From positions 12,452,213 to 12,516,212 of the forward strand of contig OZ234493.1 of the NCBI GenBank assembly GCA_965153455.1: DNA of 64,000 nucleotides, in the 5' to 3' direction. The translations under genes were made by a program, and so were the position numbers. Numbering within the stretch: position 1 is the first letter of the stretch; each line of letters starts with the position of its first letter. Source of the stretch: Sphagnum compactum (lineage: Eukaryota). Of the stretch, positions 41,771 through 54,323 are shown piece after piece. The notes under the pieces are model-generated. The model did not search any database and was not told the DNA's origin. It saw only the letters and a program-made list of their open reading frames with translations.

Positions 41771-44651
41771 TGTGCTACTAATGATGGGTTTACATTCTCA
41801 ATTTCATGATTTCTTCTCTTAAGGCTCCCATTGTGTGTTTGGCATTTTCAGGTGTGGTTTTTTGTTTGGGCTTTAGTCCTTTCGTCTTTTTTTGTCTTGT
41901 TCCCTCGTTAGGTGTTTTTCTTTATTTATTTGTTTATTTCCATATACCCATGTTCAAATGATGTACAAGATTTGTGTTTCAAAATGCATTTAAAGAAAGA
42001 TTAAGTGTTAAGCTTTCTACAGTGATGATTTCCACATCAAATTTTGGACTATGAACAAAAACATTATGAGGAAATTGTTTGTAAACAAAATAAACCGAGA
42101 GGTTAAAACATAACAACATTGTAGATGTTACATTTTTGTTATGACATTTATTATCAAGTTTGTTTGAAGATTCCATGAATATTTATTTTGTATTTCATGG
42201 TTATTAATTGGAACATTTTCATGTATGAACAATTTCAAATAATATGTTGAACCCATTTTCACCGAATGCAATTTATGACAAATAATATGCAAAATCAAGG
42301 AAGGTTTTTTAATTGTAATTTATGAACTCAATAATGGAAATATAATGGTAACAAGCTTACACAAAATCAAAATTTTTGAAGGATTTTTTGTTTCTAACCA
42401 AAGTGGTGATCATTAATAAGAAGATGTAAAAATTGACAACAATCTCTAAGGAAATTTAACCAAATCTATGTATAAGTCAAATATGATGTACAAAATTTTA
42501 ATCAACCTTCTATATTTTTGGCTACACACTAAAAATCAAATTCAAAAAATGCTGAGTTTAAGTTTTTATTTTCACTTTTGGTGATTGAAAACTTCCAAAA
42601 ATACTTCATTTTCTTTTTTTCATTTCATTTTTGACAAAGAAAATCCAATAACAAAAATTAAAACAAACCAACATAATACCTTGTAAATGCTTTACAAAAG
42701 GTTTGAAATTTTCAATTGTAATATCCATATAAACCTTGGGTCACTTTTTATAAGACTTATCATTATTATAAATATGAAGTTATGTGTTATGTCGTATACA
42801 ACATTTGTCAACCCCATGATACACATATAATCTAGAGAATATTTATGAAAGTCCTAACCAAGTTGAAATTGTTCATATAATGGTTTAAAGGTTAAAATTA
42901 TGTTGTTTGAATTCATAGTTCATGAACAAAATTCATTCATTGTCTTTCGTTTTTTAATTTGTAACATACATATTTAAATTCATGTCAACAAGTTCCTTGG
43001 ATGGATGGTGGGCCTTATGGAAAACTTTAAAAAGTTTCCATAACCTTTTTTCCCATAATTAAAAAACCCATATTGTACAAACCATCTATTTATTAAGGAA
43101 CAAACCATGGTGCCCTAGTTACACTTTTGATACTATTGGAATACCTTCAATGAGTAAGGGTGCACCAAGGTGTTTTGATAATGTTTAGATTTAGAACGCA
43201 AGAATTATTAAACATTGAACACATTTTTCATTAAATATTCAATAAAAAAACTATATATTTTAATATCTTGGTGCAAGATCTTTTTATTACTAGAAAGCCT
43301 GTGATGAGTGGATCTATTGGAGCAAATTTTGTAATATTTAAACCTAATGTGGGGGAATATTGAAATTTGAATCATTTTTTGTAATGAAAAAATAATTTAA
43401 AAATATATATTTTTTGGCCACTATTGGAATCTGCCATCAAGGTCTTGTTCACACTTGGAACAATTAAATAATCATGTTCACACTTGGGCCAACAACATAT
43501 GTCACACTAATTACCTTTAATTTTAACCAACAAATGTTATTAAATTTTTTATTTAAACCATTAATTTTGTTATTTGTTTTACGTTTGTGACATTGAACAA
43601 TATAAGCTTCATTATCAATTATCATTGGTTAGATTAAAACATGTGAATTTTCCAATCAACAGCACAACATTAATACACACAAAAATGCCAAATGTTACAA
43701 AAGTGCAACAAATTAAATGAATTTTTTTTTCTATTGTAACATGTACACAATTTTGGCATGTTTGCTTGTGGTGCCTTGAAGGAAAATGTTCTTAAAATAT
43801 TTTCATTATACTAAATTTTCTAATCAAATTACAAGTATGAGAAAAAGTGTATGTTCCATTGATTATTTCTATCTTCAATTAGATTGTGGCCTTACATATT
43901 GATCTCTTGCACAAATAATCTATAGTTGTGTCATCACATGATTAATTATAGGCACAAAACATGAATTGTGGAGGCCTAGATGGTTGCCTTCATGTTGTAT
44001 TAGTGGGTTGAATTGGAACACCAAGTGCTCATTTTCAAATACGTGATGGTTAATGTGAATGTGCTATCATATTTACTAAACGCCATTTGCAAGAGCATGG
44101 CTACCCTTATCAATGACATTACTACCTTTCACCATGCTACAAATTGTGAGTTCATTATGTGTTTTTTTTCATGGCTACGGATGAACAAGGTGGCAAAATG
44201 TATACCAAGGAGTCCCAAGCAACATAAACCTAGAACCAAAACAATGTTGTAGATGACAAGCCTAAGTTGCGATGATCATGTTATAGCAATGACATTTGTC
44301 CATGAACACATAAATGAGATTTTGCAAACAATCTATTAAAACCCATATAGTTAGGTGATAGTTATCTTGATTCTTACCCTTCAGTTAACATTACTTTTCA
44401 CATAACCACCCATGTTCGATTTGTTGCTACATAACATTGCAAGTGTAACCACAAGGTTAAATTCCTAATTTTTACCTTTGATTTAACTAAGTGTGTGGCC
44501 GATCTTTATTGAAGGAAAATGTCTAAAAAAAATTCACAACAAATGAAAACAAACTTGGGAAATGAAGCCTAAATCTTCAAATGTTTCCCCTTTAAAGAAA
44601 ATCCATTGTGCAACACTTTTGAATGCGTTCTTTAGAGAATAATTATTACAA

Positions 44652-44790
44652 GAACTTGGCCTCATTGCTTTAGATGAAAACATTCAAGGAAATTGTACAT
44701 TGGATGAAAGTTGAGGAACTTGGCTTCATTGCTTCAGATGAAAACATTCAAGGAAATTGCACAATGGATGAAAGTTGAAAAACTTGGCCC
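44652..44790. repeat. Tandem duplication of a ~65-bp unit
   Basis: gaacttggc(c/t)tcattgctt(t/c)agatgaaaacattcaaggaaattg(t/c)aca(t/a)tggatgaaagttga occurs twice, plus a partial third start. Confidence 0.8.
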
Positions 44791-45522
44791 CATTTCTATG
44801 GGAAGGAATGAAAGGAAATTGCTAGTGGGTGAAAATTTGGGAAAATGATGCTAATTGTGTTAATGAAAATTGAATAATAGATGAAATTCTAAAATTTGCT
44901 TGGAAATTAGGGTTTGTCACCCATATCCTAGGACCAAGGTTTCTGAGTTAGTGTAAACCAACACCCTTACCAATGCACCATGAAGGATGAATGGTAAGTC
45001 ATCAAGAAACAATTTTTCGTTGAGTTTGAGTTCCCTAATGAACCACATTGTTAGCTTAGTTGTTATTTTTCATTACCTCCCTCCTAACAAATCGCTTGCA
45101 AATTTGTTAATAGGTAGAAAGTGATGTACTTTGAATACAACTTTTTTATGCCAATATTACGAATACATCAACCATGATCATCATAACCTTCAAATGTTTC
45201 ATATCTTATGTCTTATAAAAACAAGAATACACTATGCATCAACAAAATATGTACAAATTAATAAATTCATCGAAGTATTCATATATTTCAATCCATGATG
45301 GTCATGGGTCTATGTATGAACTCCAAACCAATGTTGGACAGTTCTAAAAATGAGAGACATACACCCATTGGTTATCAGACCAGGTATATTCAGTTACCCA
45401 TCGGGTCTCCAAATTGTTCACTAATTCATTTTGATATATAATCACAATTTCCAGTTTTTTTTTTTTTTTTTCAAAGCCAAAGAACTGGTCATTGGGTTCT
45501 TTGAAAGTTCAAAAAACCACCC

Positions 45523-45694
45523 AAACCCTAAACCCTAAACCATACCTACTTCTAACAGAATGGGTTACCAAGGTGAATTAGGGTTTGAGGCAGAAATGGG
45601 AATTAGGGTTTGAGGCAGACAGGGAGGGGCATTAGAGTTTTGAGCCAGAGATGGGATAATTAGGGTTGTCGGGAAGGAAGGAAATTAGGGTTTG
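45523..45694. promoter_or_regulatory. Cluster of telo-box motifs (AAACCCTAA/TTAGGGTTT) at the SNRNP27 promoter/5' end
   Basis: aaaccctaaaccctaaac is at 45523 and ttagggtt occurs at ~45578, 45603, 45660 and 45685. Telo boxes are known near the TSS of plant translation and RNA-processing genes. Confidence 0.55.
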
Positions 45695-45797
45695 AGGAAG
45701 AACACGTGAGTCCAAAGAGAAAGTGCTCTGCCTTGCGCGAGCTCTTTCGATTGCAAGCTGCGCTGCTGCCGCTGCTGCTGCACCACCACCACCACCA

Positions 45798-46082
45798 AGT
45801 AAGCGACACTACTGTTGGCATCGCTTTCATTGATTTGGTTTCGAGGAATGTACTTTTTATCTGCAACTAACTTCAAGCTTTTACGCAGCTTGCGGATTTT
45901 TGTCCTCAATTTGTTATGTATTGTTCTTTGTTTTCTTGCTCCGGGAGACAACAATACCTTGTTCTGTTTTGATTGGGGATCCGGTTCTTACAGACCCTTT
46001 TTTCTTCTGAAATAGTTGAATGTATGCAGAAGCTCTTTGTGCTTCGAACGTCGGATTTGAAGTGTTTTCTGTTTTGTGTGTG

Positions 46083-46126
<44 letters not shown>

Positions 46127-47440
46127 GTTGTTTCTGGTCGAGGGATTTTACTTTTGTGTTTTGTGTTTGCAGTGGATAGGAGAAGAGAACGAGAGAGAGG
46201 AGGGGGAGACCGGGAGAGGGATAGAGACCGCGAACGGGATAGTAGGGACTGGGAGAGAGAAAGAGACAGAGATAGGGATAGGGACAGAGACAGGAGACGT
46301 GTCGCGCGATCTCGTTCTAGGTCTCCGGTGAATGATAGGCATCGGAGATCGGACTCCCCTGTCGATCGACATGGAGATCGGGGGCATAAGACGACAGACG
46401 AGAGAAGGGATGGCAGCAGAAGAGAGAGGGAGAGAAGCAGAGATAGAGGATATGGGCCAGAGGGTGACAAGGCAAGAGAGAAGGGAGACAAAAAGATGGT
46501 GGCAGATAAACGGGACAAAGGAGGCGAAAGTTTCAATGGATTAGACTCACAACGGGCAGCAATTGTTGCACAGTTTGTGGATGGAATCGCCAGTGAACAA
46601 CATAAAGGAGGGGAAGGCCCTCTTTCTTCTACGCCTCCTGTTTTGGAAGACAACAATGACGATGACGTTATGAAGAAACTTGGGATTCCAACCACTTTTA
46701 ACACTACAAAGGTGACCTTCAATCCTTCAATCTGCATGTTTTCTCAGAAAGTCTCAGATTGGCCAGCAAGAATCCAAACTTAAAATAGGGGTATTCTTCT
46801 GTTCAGGGTATTGAACCCTAATACCAAGTACATCCCTTTACTGGAAAACCTAGCTAGAGGTGTTGTTGCACTGGTGAGTTGCTGCTCATTACTGTCAAGT
46901 TGTTTGTGTTCATGAAATCATAAAATAGGCTACATCATGCATGTTTTTTATGGCAGGGAAAGTATGTACCAGATACAAATCATAGTGCAGTCAAGCTTAC
47001 AACAAAGAGACAGCCACGCCAATATATGAATAGAAGAGGTGGGTTGTCTCTGAATTTCTGCTCTCTGTTTTCTCTGTTGTCGTGTGGTTTCTTGTTCTGA
47101 AGCATAGGCATATAATTTTGGAGATTTTGTGAGCTGGGTTTTTATGGATTACTGTAGTTCAGGGGTTTCTTGGACCCTTTCAAGCTGAAATTTTCACATT
47201 GCAAGTCCCTGCAGATGTGTCCACAGAAAACACTTGATTTTGTGACAATTGTACAGTGGGGTAATGACTCTCTATTAAGATGTTACTGGAATTCTTCAGC
47301 TTACAGAGCATGCATGGAACAACAATTTGTCTGTTTTGGTTGTTGCTTACATAAGTTGCAATTCATGTAAACATGGACTGACACAAGGTGTGTTTGCAGG
47401 TGGCTTCAATCGGCCATTGCCTGCAGAGTCAAATAGATGA
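45798..47440 (+). CDS. SNRNP27: U4/U6.U5 small nuclear ribonucleoprotein 27 kDa protein (RS/RD-rich plus C-terminal DUF1777-type domain); exons 45798 (1 nt), 46173-46711, 46957-47038, 47400-47440; 220 aa
   Basis: An RD/RE/RS-rich N-terminus is followed by VMKKLGIPTTFNTTKGKYVP...KRQPRQYMNRRGGFNRPLPAE, the conserved SNRNP27 C-terminus. Junctions are GT-AG, total 663 nt. Confidence 0.92.
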
Positions 47441-50400
47441 GGGTTACCTCTCCTAAGTAGGCCATTGACTTCAACATTCTGATTCCATGAGAAGCTTCTG
47501 AAGCAAAAGTGATTCTGATTGCTATTCTGCTCAACATTTACTAAAGAACTTCAAAGGTGGAACATTTTGATTCCTTGCCTGCTGTTCTGAAATGCAGCCT
47601 TCCCTTTTCTTGATTGTGACACCAATTGACATCTTCACCAATGTCTCCTTTGTGCACTGTCTTCAACTACACTGATGTCTTGTCAGAATTCTAAGTTTGT
47701 ATGGCTGGACATCTGTTTCTATGAATCAGTTCTCCCAAGGGATTGTATCTGTGTAGTTGAAAGCCTGTAGTTACAGTAGAAGTGCATAGTTTCAGGAACT
47801 TTGAACTCTTGCATAGATTAGTAGTTGGTTGATCACTGTTAGTTTTAGGGTAAGCTTGCCTCCTTGCAGTCTATGGGTGTTGTGCTTTCCTAGGAAAGAG
47901 AAGGTGGTGTGGTGAAACATAGCACTAGAAGCTTGTTAATCATTCAATTTGCACAACAGGTGTTAGCATGGAATGGAGCAAAATGATGTAGGACCATCTC
48001 ATGGAGCAACATTGTATCAAAGTTTTGACTGGTGCAAAATGAACTTTCTATTATCTGCTCTGTGAGTAAAGCTTAGTTTAAAATATCTAATCTACATGGC
48101 TGAATGTTTATGTTGGCACTATGCTTTAATTCAAATGACCATGTGCAGTGATGAATCCCTTGGACATCTGAGATGGGCACTTTTTGTTTTCACACCCATC
48201 TTGAAAACCACAAACTGGGACACAGTGTGCCAACATTGAGGTGTGCCAACTCTTCTGGCGTGTTGATAAATTCGTGATCATTCTTTTTCTTTCATCAGTC
48301 TTCTACAGCAGATGTCAGATAGGATATGAACTGTACTAGAGATGGAGCAGATGGCATTCAAGATGAAAAGCCTGGAAGGATGATGTGGGTTTAATTGTTG
48401 GGGACTTCACAAGAATGGAAGGTGGTACTAACTTAGTAAGGGGCTGTGTCTCCAGAACTTTTTTCACAATAGGCTGTCACAGTGTTGTTAGATGATGTGC
48501 AGATTTCTCTGCAATTTCATAGTTATGTTGTCAAATGGTGCTTGCAAAGTTTCTTAGTAATTGGACAACAATTTCCTGTTATTCCTTTGTATGTATCAAT
48601 TGAGGGGTTGATCCATCCTCATGCAACAATCAATTTGTAGGGGTGATATTGGGTCACTGTTTTCCCTCAGCCCTGGTGCAATTCCAGGCCCCAAGTTGAG
48701 AGGGTGTTGCAGTTGCACTCTTTATGCAGCAGCCTATACTTATTAGTCTGGATCTGATTTGATCAGCCTGTTGACTTGCTGGGGTATGTATAGTGATAAG
48801 CAGAATGTAGTGAAACACAAACAGAATGGATGGTTTTGCTCCAAATTTCAACCAAATGGTGCAATTGGGCAGATCTCAATACTGTTCAACAGCTGGAAAG
48901 ATCTCAATAACTTTTACCAATTTTTTGCTTGTGAGTGACCTTCAAAAGGGATCTTGATAGTTGAAGTCCCTTTTGAAAAAAATGGAACATTTTTGCTTGT
49001 TAAATTATTCAAAGGTCAGACATTGAAACTATGAAAATCAATTACAAACAAACAATTTTGGGACAAAGTGAAGCATCCAAAAGTGTTCTTTTTGGAGGTG
49101 CCAGGACAATAGTGGCTACAAGAGATCCTAGATTGCAACTCCGCATTGGGTTGATATTGTAAAATTATCTTAACTCGTGAATCTTTACAGAAAATCTTGC
49201 TGCGTCAGAGCTTCCATATGGAAGTCGCAAGTGTTTAGAGATGTTTGTGCTTTGTTATGCATGGAGACCAATACCAACTTTATTGGCACTGCCTATAAGG
49301 AAGGACTATGGGATAGTGTGAACTTCATTTGGTCCTACAATCTGACAAACATTCACTAAGTATCACTATAAACTGCAAGTTTATCTTCTTGGGAAAATAA
49401 TATTTTAAGTGTTGCTGGTCTGAATTTGCCATTAAGGGCAGAGCAATTGCAATTGCAATTGTGCCATGAGCCCCTTGCCCAGAAGTAGACTGCACCAGGG
49501 TTATCCAGACACATGCAAAGTCACACCTCAACCTAAAGTAAAAAGCTGTGCGTGACACATTCCATACAAGGGAAGGCACACCTTAACTGAAAGTAAGAAG
49601 GACACAGCTCACAGTGCTTGGTGCAATCTCTGTCCCCTATTGAATTCTAGAGAACAATTGGGCATAATATTTTTAGTATTCTGTAGCTGAATACAAACAT
49701 GATGCTAAGTACAGGGAGACTACCTGAAGCAGGTCCCACAAATTCATAAAAGCCCAGACTTTGAAGATGGTGTACTTAGCAGACTCCAGATCCCCCTTTT
49801 CCTCATGGTCATTGGACCTGCAGTGACATGTTCTACAGTGTTGGCTCTTTCATCACACACACACTTTGGGCTCAAATGGGGATCAGCTTTCACTCTCCAT
49901 ACCTCCAAAATACACCAGTAGCACTCAGAGGAGAAAAATGGTTCATTCCATTCCATGGATGAGATCTCTGAGATTGCAAACAAAAAGCTCCACAATAACA
50001 CTTTGAAGGTAACTGGGATGTCAGTTCTGGCCAAAACAAACATGACAAGAATAGTGCAGTCATAACCTTGTGGCAGTCACTCACAAACTATCAGATCACC
50101 TTCATGAATGGCCATGACTAGCCGCGATTGCTCCCTACTGCCTCATCACCTCCCAATGGTTGTGGTAGGTGAGTATATAATCATCTGCTCAAAAATTTGG
50201 GCAGATAATCATAGAACAACCTATGTCCTGAGTTTCTTTCACATCTCTGAAAGCAAGGGGAAGACTCAGCCATTCATGAAAGGCAGCACGGAGGTGAAGC
50301 AGTTACAGATCACTAGCACTCAAGAGACTTAGCTAATCAGTTAGTCAAAAGTTTCCTCCAAGCTGCAACAAGATTGTGAGGGTAAGCTTCACTTCGTCTG

Positions 50401-50689
50401 AGTTTGCCCCTATACAGACAGCAACAATGCCGAATGCATAGAGAGGACTCCATAGACAGTTGTGGTTGGCGCCTGCACTCTGGACATATCATTTCAGCAT
50501 TCCGTGGATCTTCTAATTGCATTGCAGGATTGACAATGGTGAATGAATGAAGGTGAGTTTAAACAGAAGCTAAGGGTGCACTATATCCAGAGGACCAAAC
50601 TTGGTCCTCAGCAACCACTTTTCAAGGATTGAGTCTGTTGGTTGCCAAATAGGACCACAAATCTGGTCCCCTTGATATGCAGCAGCAAG

Positions 50690-53600
50690 TTAGGGTTCCT
50701 GATTGTGCACACGACTGTGGAGCTCCAACGTCTCCAGATGAGAAGGGTCCATTGACAGAGCAGCACGGCAATCACGCCGTGCACCAACAAAGTCCTCGTT
50801 ACATTCATGAAAGGCAGCACGGAGGTGAAGCAGTTGCAGGTCAGCTTTGAATGCTATTGCCTTGCTCAGTTCCATGATAGCTTCTCGCTCTTTGTGGGCA
50901 TCCATCAACACTGAAAATCCACAATTTGCAACATTGAACTTGCAGAGACAAAGATGCCAATAGTATCAAAGCACTAGTAATGGGATCAGTCAAGGGAGAG
51001 GAAAATAGCTTTGCAGTCTAGATAGTATTACAACTTTAGGGGGAGTTGTCAATTTCTGCAGGAAAACTATGGGAGTTAACAGTGCATACAATCATGTTCT
51101 CCTCTACATAAGGACTCAAAAGAATGGGTAAAGATGCTTGCCTGCAGCCCGATACCTATAAGGGTAGGTGCGAAGTGGATCCAGCTGAGTGACCATGCTT
51201 AGGTCTACCATTGTCATCTCACGTTCACAATATTCAGAGCGCTTTTCATATGCAGAAGCATTGTTGCGAGCTTTTTCAATAAGCCTGGTCATTTCTTCAT
51301 GGGCAGACTTCCTATCACCTTGTAAGGCATACACACGAGCAAGCCCTTGATGAGCACGTGTGTGGCGAATCTTTAGTGCACTAACATAGCAGTCTGCTGC
51401 AAGTTCAAACTTGCCACAATCTACGTAGACACTCCCCAGGTTATTCAATGCCTGCACAACAAAAAAAACTTCCTTAAGAAGGCACATTTCTCCATATCTG
51501 CTTATTCGTAGTCATGAAAAGAATAAATGCTCCTGCGTCTATCTCACCAGAAATACACTAACCTGTCCTTTGCGAAGTCCGTCAGATGGGCACTTCAGAG
51601 CCTCCTCTAGCAGCTCCACTACCTTGTCAGAAGAAGTAGGATCCAAACTAGTGTCTGCCAATGCATATGCCTTCAAAAAAAATGCTTCGAATGACCTGTG
51701 AATGCATATAGATTCCTCTGCCTTTTGCAAGGCCTCCTCACGATGGCCACTATCATATAGGATCCACCCTTCATAGACTAATCGTTCATACTCAGAAGAG
51801 GCATGTTCACGTGCCAACCTCAAACTACGCATAGCTGCCTTAGGACAATTTAACCTGGACAACCACATTTTCTCAACCAGTAAATTGTCAAAGTTCTCCA
51901 TTTAACCCTGCCAGAATTTAAAGACCAGAACTACAACAACAATACCATCAGCACATCCACCAGTCTAAAATAACTTTGAAGCCTGTGCCACAAAGTGACT
52001 ATGCACACTCTCAGCTAAGCAAGTTATTTATAGTCAACTTGACATCCCTGCCTTTCAGATGCTGGTCAGAATTTCAAGAGTGTGTTAAGAGGGATAACTT
52101 ACCTAAGAAGAAGAAGGGATTGACGAAAGAACAGCAGACCCTTGCCTGGATCTGATTCTAGCATTTGATGTACCACTGCCAGAGAACCAATATCATCAAC
52201 AGATGACCACCTGTCATAGAGTTGCATCCAACAATCTGCTTTTGTCCATTGTTCCACATGTTGACTCAATAATCTAAGCAGTTGCCATGCACCAACACGG
52301 CCACCAAACATCATGTACTTTGGATTAAGTGTCAGCAGCGCACGGACATCCCTAATGGCACCTTCATACTCTTGAAGTGCAAGACAAAAATATGCTCTGA
52401 GCTCCAAGCAATCAGGAGTGACCTTAAATCCCAATATACGATTGATCTCATTGACTGCTGCCTGAACCTTCTGCTCATCCATCAGTGCTGCTGCTCGATA
52501 TTGATATGGGTAGATCAAAGTTGGGTCCAGCTCTGTTGCTTTGTTCAAGTCTACAATCTTTTTGTTTCCATCACAGTAAAGGGACCTTTCTTGGAACATC
52601 CAACCAGCAGGAGTAAGGAGATAGTCAGAGATGATTCTACTGGCCTCCTCATAGGAAGTTGCCTTAAGCCCCTGCTTATGCTTGGCTCGAAGTACACCAG
52701 CTGAAGAATACACATGTCCTTCCTTAACAGCAGCTTCAAACAGGCCCTGTGCCTCAACATACTGCTCTTTTGCAAGCATTATGCAACCAAGCTGGTGCAC
52801 GGCCAAAGCTTTCTGCCTGCGAGAGGTAGCATAGTCTTGTTGCCCCTCAAGAAATGCAACTGTAAGGGCTGACTTCTTATCCTCTTCCAAACTAACTTGG
52901 CTCAAAAGAGAATACAGAGCAAAAGACGAATGGCCAACAGCTTCAAATTTTGCCCTCCCTTCAGGTGCACATAGCATATTGGTAATATGTGGCATTGACC
53001 AGAGTGAATTTGGGAGCTCTCGCAAGAATACCTTTAAGCAGTAAGCCACAAGGGCTTGAGCACTTTCCTCCAAGCCATAATCAAGAAATGTTGCAACATC
53101 TTGTGCATTTCGGACCAAGGCAGTCAGGCCTTCATCACATGCATCCTTCAACTTCTCACAGCAGAATCTGTTTGAGAATGACAAAATTTCGAGAAGCATA
53201 TCTGGGGAAAGATGCCCCAACCTGCCAGTTTTACTGAACCTATCAATTGCCCTCATAGCAACTGCTGTGATCCCATTCTCTGAAAACTCTATATCAGCAA
53301 TCTGGGACTCTGAAAACCCACCATTTAGCATAGCAAAGAAAGGAATGGAAAGGGCAGCCATTTTCTGTCGGTTGCAATGCACTATATCTCCATCAATGTG
53401 GAATGATATGTCATTTGAGACACTGCTACTAACAGGTGCAGAACCAGGAATGCTGGAACTCAGATCTGTCGTCGAGCTGTGACAGGAACAAGGATCTGAG
53501 GGCAGGTGGGGTGCAAAGCCAGGTGCCATGGCAGAGTCCAGACATTCCAGCTTCCTGCCACTGCAATAGGTTGATGAGCCATCATTCAGATCTTCATCCC

Positions 53601-54323
53601 TTTTCTCATGCCTTAACCATGCTGCATATACAAGCTTCTCATGCACAGTAACAGCAAACTGTCGTGCAGACCGCAAGCTCCGTCTCACAAGCTTCATCTC
53701 ACTTAGTCCCCTGAAAACAAATGACTGCTCTAGATACAATGGTGACTTCTCCTCCTGGCTAGCTAACTCCAGCTGCTCATGAATGCAAGCTAGGGTTGTC
53801 ACATAGTCAAGCGGCTTGAAGTAAGGCTCCAGGGCAGGATCAACAAGTTTTGACACAGAACTGCTGCATTCATAAGTGACAAAACCCACTTCATTAGACA
53901 TGACTCAAACCCACACTCACTTTCCAACAATAGCAGCAGAACTAAAGCATTTTGAGCATACCCAAATGGATGCTCAGGTGGATTCCACAAGCTTTGAAAC
54001 ATGTCCAGATGAATTTTGAGGTTCCTGGATCAGTAGTGCTTCTTTTGCTTTATACCTGCATTTTTTGTGGCATTTTCCCATCGTTGTTGCACAGCTCATT
54101 TTCTTAGTGCAACATGCTATAACATGCCATCAACGTGGGTATGGAAAGAAAAAATGAACCTGGAAGATGGAGCAGGCTCTGTTACCGCTGACCTGCCTTT
54201 ACGATGCTCCGCCTGTAAGGAAGGAGGAGGACTAGTCTCCTCCTCCTCCATGGCACTGACATCATGCACTTGACTGTCTCCTTTGCCTCCTCCTCCTCCA
54301 TCAGTTAGTCTTAGGCTTCTCAT
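50690..54323 (-). CDS. ETO1: ETO1/EOL-like BTB-TPR CUL3 adaptor; 5 exons: 54323-54193, 53863-52103, 51854-51563, 51451-51142, 50910-50690; about 904 aa
   Basis: The BTB region reads CNRQKMAALSIPFFAMLNGGFSES. Other family motifs are ADCWMQLYDRWSSVDDIGSLAVVHQML, LLFFRQSLLLLRLNCPKAAMRSL, KARNNASAYEKRSEYC, LDPLRTYPYRYRAAVLMD and DLQLLHLRAAFH. Phases sum to 2715 nt. It may be orthologous to EOL1 rather than ETO1. Confidence 0.93.

Noticed and set aside
45988..46737. 249-aa minus-strand Ser/Leu-rich ORF
   Set aside because: It is the antisense reading of the RD/RE-rich SNRNP27 exon and the (TG)n tract.
47900..50250. Additional gene between SNRNP27 and ETO1
   Set aside because: The composition is genic-like, but there are only short ORFs without domains. 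It could be UTR, UTR introns or lncRNA, which cannot be decided from sequence alone.
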